Positions 1 to 9,760 of a stretch of DNA of 64,000 bases are shown here, one piece after another (positions within the stretch are counted from its first letter, which is position 1; each line of letters opens with the position of its first letter). Source of the stretch: a virus; the IMG/VR virus record IMGVR_UViG_3300021364_000006; one strand, 5' to 3'. Below the pieces are notes generated by a model that saw nothing but the letters and a program-made list of their open reading frames with translations, was not told the DNA's origin and made no database searches. A program made the position numbers and the translations under genes.

Positions 1-893
1 CGATATGCCTCATAAAATTCAATAGTTTCTTCTGGAACATATGACTTCCAGTGATTTAGATCGTATAGTAAACTTTGAGTATAACGGTATCCGATGATTT
101 CTTTCTCTAGATTGGTCACAAGATCTTGCACATTACGATCCTGATATACAGATGCCTTGTTATATACAACACTCTGGGGGAACTTAAGTTGTGCAACATA
201 TCCACCCCAGATATCATCCATACGTCCAACATGAGGAAGGACTGCATAGTATGGAATTACTTCACGAGCCAGAAAAGTGTTCTGACTGTTGAATGGAGAG
301 ATACAATATGAACCATATGGTTTATCAACATTGAACTTGACACATGGTTTCATTGATAGACGTGCCATTGCATCAATATCTGGATCACCATCCCACAGAT
401 CAGCCTGGATCAGAACTTTACGCTCATCCTTTCCAACATAACGTGTTTCAGAACGATGTGGAACTTGCTGAATTGGGAATCCACGATGCCATAGTTCGGG
501 GTGATTAGTAACTGACAGTGGATCAAATACTTCGGTAGGAGATTCATATAGATCATACTCAATTGTCTTACCAATTAGAAGATCTTGTCCCCAGTTTTCA
601 TATGGAATGTTGTCATCATCAACAGTAGCAATTACGTCAGCACCTTGCTCATATGCATAAACAAAACCAATGTTCCTACGCTGAATACTATTCCAACCAA
701 TCGTATCAGATAGTTCTTTCCAACCATGCTCCTGCATATCTGGAGACAGATAGATGCAGTCCAGTTCTTTATAGAGGTGATGTGGTGTTTTCTTATCTCC
801 AACAACCACCAAAGTCCACCCAGGCATGGCAGAGAAGTTCATGGTAGCCCTAGTGGGCTTATTGATTGTAGTGGTTACGATAAACTTTTTCAT
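1..893 (-). CDS. STELLO/GT75-like glycosyltransferase (partial, runs off left edge)
   Basis: Manual translation MKKFIVTTTINKPT..VVVGDKKTP..RRNIGFVYAYEQGADVIATVDDDN; DDD motif; ATGA overlap with upstream gene. Confidence 0.65.
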   Translation of the reverse strand, partial: MKKFIVTTTINKPTRATMNFSAMPGWTLVVVGDKKTPHHLYKELDCIYLSPDMQEHGWKELSDTIGWNSIQRRNIGFVYAYEQGADVIATVDDDNIPYENWGQDLLIGKTIEYDLYESPTEVFDPLSVTNHPELWHRGFPIQQVPHRSETRYVGKDERKVLIQADLWDGDPDIDAMARLSMKPCVKFNVDKPYGSYCISPFNSQNTFLAREVIPYYAVLPHVGRMDDIWGGYVAQLKFPQSVVYNKASVYQDRNVQDLVTNLEKEIIGYRYTQSLLYDLNHWKSYVPEETIEFYEAY

Positions 894-1768
894 TTCAGAA
901 ACTTCTCAACAAAGTGCTTGGTCGTGTAGTTATTCACCGCTTTATTATAAGCGTTTTCTCTCATCTGGTCAAATTCATCATAGTTATTGACCACATGATT
1001 TAATATTTTCTTAAGATCCTCTTCGTCTTCAAAATACAGAAAATCTTTTTCTGGTTCAAAGAATTTTTCAATCGGATTCCAGGGATCCTTCTGACATAGA
1101 ATCACACAACGTGCAAATGCTGCTTCAAACATTCTGGATTTGATTTGTGGTGCCCACCCTTTATCGAGTTGGCTGAATGCAGCATTTAAATCACCCTGTG
1201 GGAAGTTGTAATATCTTTGTGCGGTGTCTGGATTAATATTACAAAGACCATGAACAACAGCAACTTTGGTTGCCGCATACATCATCATCTTATCGGCGTA
1301 AGAACACCTGGGAACATTTCCCATACTGTAGTGTCCAAATCTAAAATTATATTTGGTGAAGACATTTTTAATGTAACTTTCCCAAGGAACAGCCTTGGGC
1401 ATACTACCAAAGTAAGAGACATCAATTATCTTTTCTGATGCTGGAGGAATCCAATCTTCACTGAAAGGGAAGAATACAAATTCTCTATTCTCAAATACTT
1501 CTGCAGTATATGGACAGATTGTAAGAATCTTATCTGCCACCTCATGCAGTCTCACTTTGTCACCAGGTGCAACACAAAAGTTTGGTTCTTCTAATGTAAG
1601 AACTACTTTCTCTTTATCATCATAACGACCCGAATACAGATCCTTATAGAAATCAGCCATGAAAAGATAGCAATCTCTTGCAACCTTCTCATACTTTTCA
1701 AAGTTCATGTAATAAAGAGGATCTTCCGTGAGACCATTCTCAGGTCTCAAGAAATTCAAAACTTTCAT
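890..1768 (-). CDS. glycosyltransferase (Glyco_trans_1_2/CgeB-like C-terminus)
   Basis: RMFEAAFARCVIL..FFEPEKDFLYF..RENAYNKAVNNYT motif. Confidence 0.7.
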   Translation of the reverse strand: MKVLNFLRPENGLTEDPLYYMNFEKYEKVARDCYLFMADFYKDLYSGRYDDKEKVVLTLEEPNFCVAPGDKVRLHEVADKILTICPYTAEVFENREFVFFPFSEDWIPPASEKIIDVSYFGSMPKAVPWESYIKNVFTKYNFRFGHYSMGNVPRCSYADKMMMYAATKVAVVHGLCNINPDTAQRYYNFPQGDLNAAFSQLDKGWAPQIKSRMFEAAFARCVILCQKDPWNPIEKFFEPEKDFLYFEDEEDLKKILNHVVNNYDEFDQMRENAYNKAVNNYTTKHFVEKFLK

Positions 1769-2565
1769 AATACTTCTGCAATGTCTTCCTTAGTTAATTT
1801 ATACGTTCCAAAATGCTGCACTGAGCGAGATGCCATCAACACAGATTTTTGAACAGCGTAATCAAGATCACCTGTAGTTGCGGTAACAGCTAGAGTTGCT
1901 AAGAATACATCTCCAGCACCAGATACATCATACACATCCACCTTTGGTGCTGGATAAGTTCTACCAAGCCACTTTGCTCCATCCTTTCCAAGAGTTACAA
2001 TGAAAGAACAACTTTCTGGATATGCCAATGCGTCTTTCTCTTCAAATTCATTGATCTTGATATAAGCATTGTGATAGCAAGATAGATCTTTTTTCTTTGA
2101 ATCTACAAAAATTTTTCCCTTATAATGCTCACAAATATAATTTGCAGCTGACCAAGGAATCAAACCTTTATCATAATCTGAAAAGATGATGACATCATAG
2201 TCATCTAGACATTTTAATTTTTGTAGATTCAATGGATCAACACAAGTTCCTTCATCAACACGAAGAAGTTGTTGTTTTGATCTAGCATCAACAAAACGTG
2301 TCTTGCGAAGATCCTCAGGATCATTCGTAATAAAATCCACCTGACACCCAAAAGACTCTAAGTTCTGAAGAACATTAGATGCCATACCAGGATGTAAGGT
2401 GGTTTTAGTATAATCCAAAACAGGAACGGGTGCCTCAGGACTTAGCCTGCGACACTCGCCATAGTGATATTCATCAATACAAGACTCACCGATGAGTAAT
2501 ACTTTTAATGATGTTGGTTGTTGAGTAGTCTCCGACTCTATCGAAAAACCGAACTTCTTTTGCAT
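1765..2565 (-). CDS. PfkB-family sugar kinase, HldE/RfaE domain I-like (heptose 7-phosphate kinase); true start may be about 20 codons downstream
   Basis: IGESCIDEY..RLSPEAPVPV, SDYDKG, DVSGAGD. Confidence 0.85.
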   Translation of the reverse strand: MQKKFGFSIESETTQQPTSLKVLLIGESCIDEYHYGECRRLSPEAPVPVLDYTKTTLHPGMASNVLQNLESFGCQVDFITNDPEDLRKTRFVDARSKQQLLRVDEGTCVDPLNLQKLKCLDDYDVIIFSDYDKGLIPWSAANYICEHYKGKIFVDSKKKDLSCYHNAYIKINEFEEKDALAYPESCSFIVTLGKDGAKWLGRTYPAPKVDVYDVSGAGDVFLATLAVTATTGDLDYAVQKSVLMASRSVQHFGTYKLTKEDIAEVL

Positions 2566-2896
2566 AATCAGAACCTACGACTTCTTTACCTTTCCAGTCA
2601 GAACCAACCATTAGTATATCAGGTTTGAGTTCTTTTACAAGGGCTGTCAATTCTTCTTTTGTATTGAAGATAACAACAGCATCAATATACCTTATAGACT
2701 CAAGTATAATTTTTCTTGAGTCTTGGTTATTGATGGGCCTACTATAACCCTTCATCTCCTTTACCTTTGAATCAGAATCAATGGCAACAATTAACTGATT
2801 ACCAAGACTCTTTGCTGTTTCAAATAGTTTGATATGACCAGGATGAAGAATGTCAAAGCAACCATTCACAAAGACAAGTTTATCTCTTAGTTTCAT
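2486..2896 (-). CDS. nucleotidyltransferase, HldE/RfaE domain II-like (heptose 1-phosphate adenylyltransferase)
   Basis: NGCFDILHPGH (HxGH), SRPIN, GSDW, YSTTNII. Confidence 0.85.
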   Translation of the reverse strand: MKLRDKLVFVNGCFDILHPGHIKLFETAKSLGNQLIVAIDSDSKVKEMKGYSRPINNQDSRKIILESIRYIDAVVIFNTKEELTALVKELKPDILMVGSDWKGKEVVGSDYAKEVRFFDRVGDYSTTNIIKSITHR

Positions 2897-3387
2897 TTCT
2901 CACCCATTACCATGAATGCATTGTTTAGATCCACTCCAGATACAAATACGTTCTTGTATCCACGGTCAAACATGTAGGCCTCAATGATTTCAGGAGTGAA
3001 TACATGCTTATGCTTATAGTTGTTCCAGGGTCTCCAGTATCTTTGACTGAAGTCTGGGAGATACAAGAAGAGAGTTCCTCCTTTACGAAGTTTCTCATAC
3101 CAGTAATCCATCGTAGCAACCCAGTCAGGAACATGCTCTAGACAATGACTAGAAAAGATGTAATCTGGTTCAACGTTTGGTGGAAGATTATTTGCTTCCC
3201 ATTCATTATCAAATGATAGATCAATAGGAACTGAATTGGGGAAAGCCCATTCCTTCTTCATACATCCAATATCATATCCATATCCTTTACAAACATGCTG
3301 TGCAAAGGGGATGGCAAATTGAGATGCATTACCCTCAGTCTGAAACTTAGGATACCACTTCTTTTGAAATTCAATAGTTTCGATCAT
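2893..3387 (-). CDS. class I SAM-dependent methyltransferase
   Basis: DIGC, DYIFSSHCLEHV, LRKGGTL. Confidence 0.75.
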   Translation of the reverse strand: MIETIEFQKKWYPKFQTEGNASQFAIPFAQHVCKGYGYDIGCMKKEWAFPNSVPIDLSFDNEWEANNLPPNVEPDYIFSSHCLEHVPDWVATMDYWYEKLRKGGTLFLYLPDFSQRYWRPWNNYKHKHVFTPEIIEAYMFDRGYKNVFVSGVDLNNAFMVMGEK

Positions 3388-4145
3388 TGATAATTCCAGG
3401 GTAATTTAAAAAGATATTTGACTTGTGACCAGTCACCCCATCTATGCCAGAGGTATAATGGTTTCTTTGACATTGTATCAAAGAGTTGTGGAGACTCAAG
3501 GAGATAGTTGATTGCAGTTTCAATCATGAAGACCGCAGAGGCTCTTTCAAAAACCATACACCAATCAAACAGAGAATATCCAGGAATGATTTGGTTCTCT
3601 ACAACTTTATAACCACCATAACTCTTGGAGTCAGCAGGAATATGGGGGAAGAACTCTAGTTTTGGTCGAGTACACCACAAACGATTGACGTAGACAAACT
3701 CATCATCATCTTTTAGTCCAAGGACATTATAATACAATTCCTTCTCTTTTTCAATATTTCTATTGAAATCGATATAATCTCTCCAGTCTTTCCAATCAAG
3801 TCCGAGGTTATCATATTTCCCCTTCATTATTGGTTGGTAATCACCAAATCCCTGAAAGAAAAATAAATCAGACTCCATTTTAGTTGGAGCCCCATGAATA
3901 TATCTTTCTTTGTATGGGAATTGACAGGATTCGGGAATAGGTTCCGTACTGCCATTTACTGGATTCTCATCATCACCCCAAGATACAAACTCAAAGTGGG
4001 GAATGTATTCTTTTAACCACTTGAATTCATGAATTACAGGCCAGTAAACCTTATACCCAAGTTCATTTTGAATATAGTGTGCTCCCTTTTGGAGAAAAAG
4101 AATATCTCCAAGACCACATGGTTGATAAATTAATCCTGTTTTCAT
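3384..4145 (-). CDS. putative GT-B glycosyltransferase (paralog of next gene)
   Basis: N-terminal GLGDILF; context. Confidence 0.5.
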   Translation of the reverse strand: MKTGLIYQPCGLGDILFLQKGAHYIQNELGYKVYWPVIHEFKWLKEYIPHFEFVSWGDDENPVNGSTEPIPESCQFPYKERYIHGAPTKMESDLFFFQGFGDYQPIMKGKYDNLGLDWKDWRDYIDFNRNIEKEKELYYNVLGLKDDDEFVYVNRLWCTRPKLEFFPHIPADSKSYGGYKVVENQIIPGYSLFDWCMVFERASAVFMIETAINYLLESPQLFDTMSKKPLYLWHRWGDWSQVKYLFKLPWNYQ

Positions 4146-4864
4146 TCTAACTCCTGAGGAACTTTTTCACGCCAGAGCCATCTCTCATAATCTACCCATT
4201 GCCAAGGTGCATTGAACAACTTTCCAACACATTCCTCTGTGTTTTTATAATGTCTAGGATGGCAGATCAAAGTGTCTGCCTTGATGTTAAGAGTGTCTAC
4301 AATATAATTTAGGCAAGTGTCAACGATGTGAATTTGCTCTGCATTTTCCAAAATCCAACACCAATCAAACACACTTGGAGTTAGATCTGTATCCATCCAG
4401 ATCACTTTGCCATCATAATCTTCTGGAATACTTAGTTCGACACCTTCATGTGGTTTGCGAAAACTATACCACTTGTTTGCAAAGATAAATGGTTCTCCGT
4501 CTTGGATTCCCAAAGTCTCTTTCAGTTTACCCTCACGTTCATAGTTACGTTTGTATGTGAAATAATCTCTCCAATCATGCCAACTAACACCAGATGATGC
4601 ATATTTTGAAGTCATGATGTCTGCAGAACCATTTGGTTGTGGTTGATTAGAACAATCATAAAGCATCACATTCTCTCTAGGGAGATCAAGATTTGGACCA
4701 CAGATAACATCTCCAGTGATTAGTTGAGATGCACCAGCATTCCACATTTCAGGTGTGACTGGATGGTATACATTGTAATTTCTAGAAAGATTCTTACAAA
4801 GTTTCTGAACAAAAAAGATGTCCCCCAAGCCACCCTGCTGGAGGACAATAACATTAGATCTCAT
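4142..4864 (-). CDS. putative GT-B glycosyltransferase
   Basis: GGLGDIFF; shares WxDWRDY and FDWC blocks with 3384..4145. Confidence 0.5.
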   Translation of the reverse strand: MRSNVIVLQQGGLGDIFFVQKLCKNLSRNYNVYHPVTPEMWNAGASQLITGDVICGPNLDLPRENVMLYDCSNQPQPNGSADIMTSKYASSGVSWHDWRDYFTYKRNYEREGKLKETLGIQDGEPFIFANKWYSFRKPHEGVELSIPEDYDGKVIWMDTDLTPSVFDWCWILENAEQIHIVDTCLNYIVDTLNIKADTLICHPRHYKNTEECVGKLFNAPWQWVDYERWLWREKVPQELE

Positions 4865-5486
4865 TAATCACCCCTCGGATTTTATCTTCTGGAGTATCCA
4901 CAGGGAATGCCAATAGATAACCCTGATCGCCGTGATGTTCGATTAGGATATGAGTGTCACCAATAAGTTGTTCCACAAAGTCATATCCATCAGCACCGTA
5001 TAGTTTTCTTTGTGGCCATGAACCAGCAACAAAATCACGATCAACATAGATACGAAGATCATCCATGAAGATAATATCGTTGGAAAGATCTCTATTTTGA
5101 ACCATGATTTTGAGTTCTTTTTCCATAGGAAGACGCTTGTCAATGTCTTCTTCTGCACCATATCCAGCATCACCATAGTCTGCACCAGGAAAGTGTGCAT
5201 CAAGCCACCAAAGTGTTGGAGATCCATCCAATTTAGAAAGAACCTCATCGAAACGATCTTCAGTGTATCCTTTATACAGGTGAACGTAGTCTAGTCCTTT
5301 ATACTTCTTCTCAAGATTTGCATAGAGTTCATCATCTAATTCAACACCATATGAATTGTCTACGACTTCTGTGAGAAGAACTTTGTCCATACTGGATCCA
5401 TCGCCAGTTCCACTTTCAACAAAGTTTGAGATTTGAAATTCTTGAAGCATTTGCTTCAACTTGACTGGATGATTAATTTGTCCCAT
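4854..5486 (-). CDS. methyltransferase-like protein
   Basis: FVESGTGDG, WLDAH, MDDLR. Confidence 0.6.
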   Translation of the reverse strand: MGQINHPVKLKQMLQEFQISNFVESGTGDGSSMDKVLLTEVVDNSYGVELDDELYANLEKKYKGLDYVHLYKGYTEDRFDEVLSKLDGSPTLWWLDAHFPGADYGDAGYGAEEDIDKRLPMEKELKIMVQNRDLSNDIIFMDDLRIYVDRDFVAGSWPQRKLYGADGYDFVEQLIGDTHILIEHHGDQGYLLAFPVDTPEDKIRGVINEI

Positions 5487-5488
5487 GA

Positions 5489-6292
5489 TTAGCAAAAATA
5501 AGTGAGGTAGATAAAGTCTTCAAGAACTTCCATTTTTTTAGCAATCTCAAGATTGTCTTTGATTGCTTCCATTTTACTGTAATAGAGTTCGTCAGAAATA
5601 TAGAACTCATCAGTTAGATCAATTATACCATCTTTGTTGAAGTATTCTCCAATGTCAGGAGCTCCAAGATAAACAGGAATAGTTCCTGTGGCAAAACAAT
5701 CTAGAAGTTTTTCAGTGAAGTAGGTTTCATATTGTCCATTCTCAATCGCAACTGAGAACATGTAATCACAAAGACCTTCTTCTTTAGTTAGGATCTCATT
5801 GAATCCACGGCCGTAGAGATCAACTTGATCTCTCAGTCTTTCAACCCATTCAAGACGAGTTTCGTGCCCCTTACACATTCGTTTGTTTGAAGCGATCATG
5901 GAAATCATTTTTGATTTCTCATAAATCTTGGGTTCTTTGATCCAGAATCCTTGTGCAGGACACCATTTGAACTTAGGATCAATGGCAAGTAATTCTTGGT
6001 TGTGAGTAAAGATTGCATCAAATGCATCCAAGTATTGCTTTGGATTGATTTTTACTGCATCCACAATCTGTGGTGTGATATATCGTGACTCTAGCAACCA
6101 AGCATATTTTGGACCTGGTTTTGGATCGATCCATGCCCAGGGAAGAGTGCTATCAATATAGAATGTAGCCTCTCCACCATCTTTTACCCATTCAATGTAT
6201 TTGGATTCTTTACCGTGAACCGAATATCCTTTGTTTCCATTTGTAAGGTGTGTAAAAGTATCACCTACAAGATTAAACTTGACGCGCTGCAT
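5489..6292 (-). CDS. GT10-family (fucosyltransferase-like) glycosyltransferase
   Basis: YMFSVAIENGQYETYFTEKLLDCFATGTIPVYLG. Confidence 0.8.
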   Translation of the reverse strand: MQRVKFNLVGDTFTHLTNGNKGYSVHGKESKYIEWVKDGGEATFYIDSTLPWAWIDPKPGPKYAWLLESRYITPQIVDAVKINPKQYLDAFDAIFTHNQELLAIDPKFKWCPAQGFWIKEPKIYEKSKMISMIASNKRMCKGHETRLEWVERLRDQVDLYGRGFNEILTKEEGLCDYMFSVAIENGQYETYFTEKLLDCFATGTIPVYLGAPDIGEYFNKDGIIDLTDEFYISDELYYSKMEAIKDNLEIAKKMEVLEDFIYLTYFC

Positions 6293-7373
6293 TGATTTGC
6301 TCCTGAATCCAAGTGTATGTCCTACGGATACCTTCTTCTAGAGTTTGACTATAATCCCACCCTAGTTTTTCACGGATAAGATCGTTGTTGGAGTTGCGTC
6401 CACGAACACCAGTGGGTGCATCCATCTTGTGAATCTTCTGAACAACCTTACCAGATACCCTTGCGGCAGTTGCAACTAGTTCATTGATAGAAACCATCTC
6501 TTCAGAACCAATGTTCACTGGTCCCATGAAGTCAGAATCCATCAATCGTCGAGTTGCTTCAATACATTCGTCAATGAACAGGAAGGAGCGAGTTTGTAGG
6601 CCATCTCCCCACACCTCGATAGCTCCACCCGTCTCTGGGAGGTGAGCGACTTTACGGCAGATTGCAGCTGGTGCCTTCTCTCTTCCACCGTCCCAGGTGC
6701 CTTCGGGACCGAAGATATTGTGATACCTAGCAACACGAACAGGGATCCCGTGATTACGGTTGTAAGCAAAGAAGAGCCTTTCGGAGAAGAGTTTTTCCCA
6801 TCCGTATTCTGAGTCTGGATCGGCTGGGTACGCAGAAGTCTCACGGCAATCAGGGTTATCAGGATCAAGTTGATTGTGCTCTGGATACATGCAAGCAGAT
6901 CCAGAATAGAAGATCTTAGTTGGTTGATCCAACTTAGGACGATTGCAAACAGTATATTCTTTCTCTACACCATCAAAGGTCTCATTGAGTTGACGAACAC
7001 CTTCAAGTACATTTAGGTTAATAGTACAGGAATTATGCATAATCTCTGCATCGTTCTCGCCAGTGAAAACGAATCCAGCTCCACCCATATCAGCAGCAAA
7101 CTGATAGATCTCATCAAAGGGAAGAATATGCTGGTAAGGAACAGAGCAATAGTAGTTTCCTTGATATCCTTTAAATTCAAGAATAGAATTTACAAATCCA
7201 GGAGAACGAAGATCTCCAATGATGAATTCATTGGCTTCGGTATCACCATACTCAGGATACTTTAGATCAACGCCACGGACCCAATACCCCTCGGACCTCA
7301 AACGTTTCACCATATGACTACCAATAAATCCACCAGCGCCAAGCACTAGCGCCGTCTTCTTATAATCAGACAT
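6273..7373 (-). CDS. NAD-dependent nucleotide-sugar epimerase (GDP-mannose 3,5-epimerase-like)
   Basis: GAGGFIG, AADMGGAGF, YGWEK, GREKAPAAICRK. Confidence 0.9.
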   Translation of the reverse strand: MSDYKKTALVLGAGGFIGSHMVKRLRSEGYWVRGVDLKYPEYGDTEANEFIIGDLRSPGFVNSILEFKGYQGNYYCSVPYQHILPFDEIYQFAADMGGAGFVFTGENDAEIMHNSCTINLNVLEGVRQLNETFDGVEKEYTVCNRPKLDQPTKIFYSGSACMYPEHNQLDPDNPDCRETSAYPADPDSEYGWEKLFSERLFFAYNRNHGIPVRVARYHNIFGPEGTWDGGREKAPAAICRKVAHLPETGGAIEVWGDGLQTRSFLFIDECIEATRRLMDSDFMGPVNIGSEEMVSINELVATAARVSGKVVQKIHKMDAPTGVRGRNSNNDLIREKLGWDYSQTLEEGIRRTYTWIQEQINAARQV

Positions 7374-7399
7374 TTTTAAGTTCAAATTCCATCCTATGT

Positions 7400-7428
7400 A
7401 TAATACTAAAAAAGACCCCTGTTGTCAA
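7400..7428 (-). promoter_or_regulatory. sigma70-type promoter for the glycosylation operon
   Basis: TTGACA-17-TATTAT. Confidence 0.7.
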
Positions 7429-7437
7429 GGGTCTTTT
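7408..7437 (-). terminator. intrinsic terminator
   Basis: AAAGACCC..GGGTCTTT followed by T-run. Confidence 0.7.
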
Positions 7438-7443
7438 TGGGTT

Positions 7444-7489
7444 CAGGCTCGCCAGTTGGCATGTTTTCTGACCCTTACCAACGGGGTCA
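7444..7489 (-). ncRNA. wcaG-like structured RNA (H-type pseudoknot)
   Basis: UGACCC/GGGUCA stem; loop GUUGGU pairs with GCCAAC; followed by UGGCGAGCCUG; upstream of epimerase. Confidence 0.5.
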
Positions 7490-8254
7490 ATCCTTCCAAA
7501 GAAAACTAAACGGACATTTAGATTCTTTTTCTTTTTGTCCAAACATGAACTGTGATGACAAATTCGGACTTAAATTTTTTAAGGATACGTTTCTTTTCAC
7601 CTTTATCTTTAAATCTTTTGGTGGTGCCTTCTTGACTAGTTTGAATTTATCATTCTGATCTTTTGAATGAAAACAAACTTGATAGATTGGATCACCTCTT
7701 TTTATATTGACAGGTCTATCAACATCAAAGACATTATATGCGAATGATATATGTCTGGGCCATGCAGATACATTGAACCAACCACCAACTAGCACAATAT
7801 TATTCCTTGCAGATGCTTCTGGATGAGATCTTTGCTCAATCCAAATATCTTTTTCTTTAGTCCAGAATAAAATCCTAGGAACTGTCAGTTGCATAGTGAG
7901 TCTATTTGGATTCCTAAGAAACCAATTAGGATTGCTAAACGTTGGTTCCGTTAGAGCATCGTATGAATCACCACTGAGATGTGGATTGTTAATGAAAACT
8001 TCACCAGTTGAATTTAATTTTGAAAAATCAAAAGTAAATTTGATATCGATAGGTGACTTGATAGTAAAAGTTCTCTTTGCTTTATGAGACCAAGCTGGAC
8101 ATTCAAAGAATGCAAAATTCTTATCAGTCTCTGATATTTGTGTCTCTGGGGCAAAAGAAAACCGATCATCCGCAAGAACAGATTCCTCTGGATGCATTAC
8201 TTGATCATTATTTCCAAATCCCTCTTCTGAAGGATAGTAATAAATTGTTTTCAT
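7487..8254 (-). CDS. hypothetical cyanophage protein
   Basis: 255-aa ORF; ECPAW, IKRGDPIYQV and C-terminal KCPF motifs. Confidence 0.7.
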   Translation of the reverse strand: MKTIYYYPSEEGFGNNDQVMHPEESVLADDRFSFAPETQISETDKNFAFFECPAWSHKAKRTFTIKSPIDIKFTFDFSKLNSTGEVFINNPHLSGDSYDALTEPTFSNPNWFLRNPNRLTMQLTVPRILFWTKEKDIWIEQRSHPEASARNNIVLVGGWFNVSAWPRHISFAYNVFDVDRPVNIKRGDPIYQVCFHSKDQNDKFKLVKKAPPKDLKIKVKRNVSLKNLSPNLSSQFMFGQKEKESKCPFSFLWKD

Positions 8255-8892
8255 TTTAGATTTAAATAACTTATTCCATCAATATACTCACCTTTGACAA
8301 AGTAATTGAAAGATAGACTATATCTTAATTCTTCACTGTAAGACTTGTCAACATAGTGTTTCAAAAATGATGGGAATAATAAAAGTTTTTGTTGTTCGGG
8401 CAAAAAAGATACTGAAGATGAATTTATTTTATTTGTGTAATGAAGATTATACGCAAGACCAGGATATGTCCAGGTATTTTGTTCATTAATAAAATGAATT
8501 TTTCCAGATTCTTTAGGAGTTTTTAGATAGACAACACCACTGTAATGAGAGTTTGAATGTAGGTGTGTACTTATGTAGTCTCCAAATCTTTGCTTGTTTG
8601 CCCAAGAAGTTGTTCGCTCAATAAAATGAGCATGAGGATCAATACCAATGTCGTTGAACACAAAGTTTGACATCTCAAGATCAATGCGTGTGGCCAAACC
8701 TTTCAATGTATCAAGCGACAGGATATCTTCTTTGTAATCAATTTTTGTTGTGTAACCATGTGGATTTCCCCATGGATCAAAGTCTTCACACCAGTTCTGT
8801 TGTTCAACAAAATCAAGATAGGTTTTAAACTGGTCAGGATCAATGCCCAAATCCACTTCACGAATTGGGGTGGGGAAAACATGGTGAAGCAT
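8251..8892 (-). CDS. 2OG-Fe(II) oxygenase (HxH type)
   Basis: THLHSNSHYSGVVYL..FPSFLKHYV..RYSLSFN. Confidence 0.85.
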   Translation of the reverse strand: MLHHVFPTPIREVDLGIDPDQFKTYLDFVEQQNWCEDFDPWGNPHGYTTKIDYKEDILSLDTLKGLATRIDLEMSNFVFNDIGIDPHAHFIERTTSWANKQRFGDYISTHLHSNSHYSGVVYLKTPKESGKIHFINEQNTWTYPGLAYNLHYTNKINSSSVSFLPEQQKLLLFPSFLKHYVDKSYSEELRYSLSFNYFVKGEYIDGISYLNLK

Positions 8893-9146
8893 TATGCTTT
8901 TACACAATCTTTGCGATATGCAGGAACGTTATCAGGATCAAGCCAACAAGTATAATCATGATCTTCCATAGCAGTCATCAACTGCATTTGGTTATCACAA
9001 AGATACATGTCTCGATAACGACCAGTATACGAATCTACTTTTTGAATTCGACAGTCTGGCATACCATTGATTTCTAGTGTGCCACATTGTACATATCGGT
9101 ATGGAAAACGCTCAAGAAGTACTTCTGGTTTTTGCACAACTTTCAT
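8892..9146 (-). CDS. conserved cyanophage hypothetical protein
   Basis: LLERFPYRYV..PDCRIQK. Confidence 0.75.
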   Translation of the reverse strand: MKVVQKPEVLLERFPYRYVQCGTLEINGMPDCRIQKVDSYTGRYRDMYLCDNQMQLMTAMEDHDYTCWLDPDNVPAYRKDCVKA

Positions 9147-9760
9147 AGTTTAGAAGCGATGTTGTAAGAAACAGTAATTCGACTATTTGGTGAAGGATTC
9201 ACACAATGCATTAGATGGGATGGAAAAATAAAGACAGTTCCTTCTTCAATTGGGTTATTGTCTGCTGGATTGTAACTAATACTTTTCCATGGATCCATTC
9301 CAGTATGAGGGCCGCGAGAATAAAAAACAGTTGAGTTTTTTTCTTCTTCTAGTCTTAGTAGATAGATTGCAGAGTATGAAGTAAAGTAATTACCACCATC
9401 ACCAAATCGATCTGAAAGGTGATGATGCATTTCTTGATGATCTACAGGATTATCATACACACTATACCATCCATCTTCAAGCATAGATTGTTCTGCTATC
9501 GGAATGATATCACCTAGTTGGCTGTACATGTTATCCATTGGATTCCAGATGAGTTCTTTAATAATTTCTTCTTGAAAAAGAAATCTATTGAACTCCGTAT
9601 CTTGACCAAAACTGGTATTGACTTTACACTGCCATCCACCTGGTGTTACTTCCGTCTCTTTTTGTTTCTCTAGGATAGTGGGCAACAATTGTTCTTTAAT
9701 TTTTTCATGATTGGCCACTTTTTCCCAGTAAATAAAATTAGCTGGAAAAATAAAATGCAT
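9143..9760 (-). CDS. 2OG-Fe(II) oxygenase (HxH type)
   Basis: QEMHHH..SAIYLL..FPSHLMHCV..RITVSYN. Confidence 0.8.
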   Translation of the reverse strand: MHFIFPANFIYWEKVANHEKIKEQLLPTILEKQKETEVTPGGWQCKVNTSFGQDTEFNRFLFQEEIIKELIWNPMDNMYSQLGDIIPIAEQSMLEDGWYSVYDNPVDHQEMHHHLSDRFGDGGNYFTSYSAIYLLRLEEEKNSTVFYSRGPHTGMDPWKSISYNPADNNPIEEGTVFIFPSHLMHCVNPSPNSRITVSYNIASKL

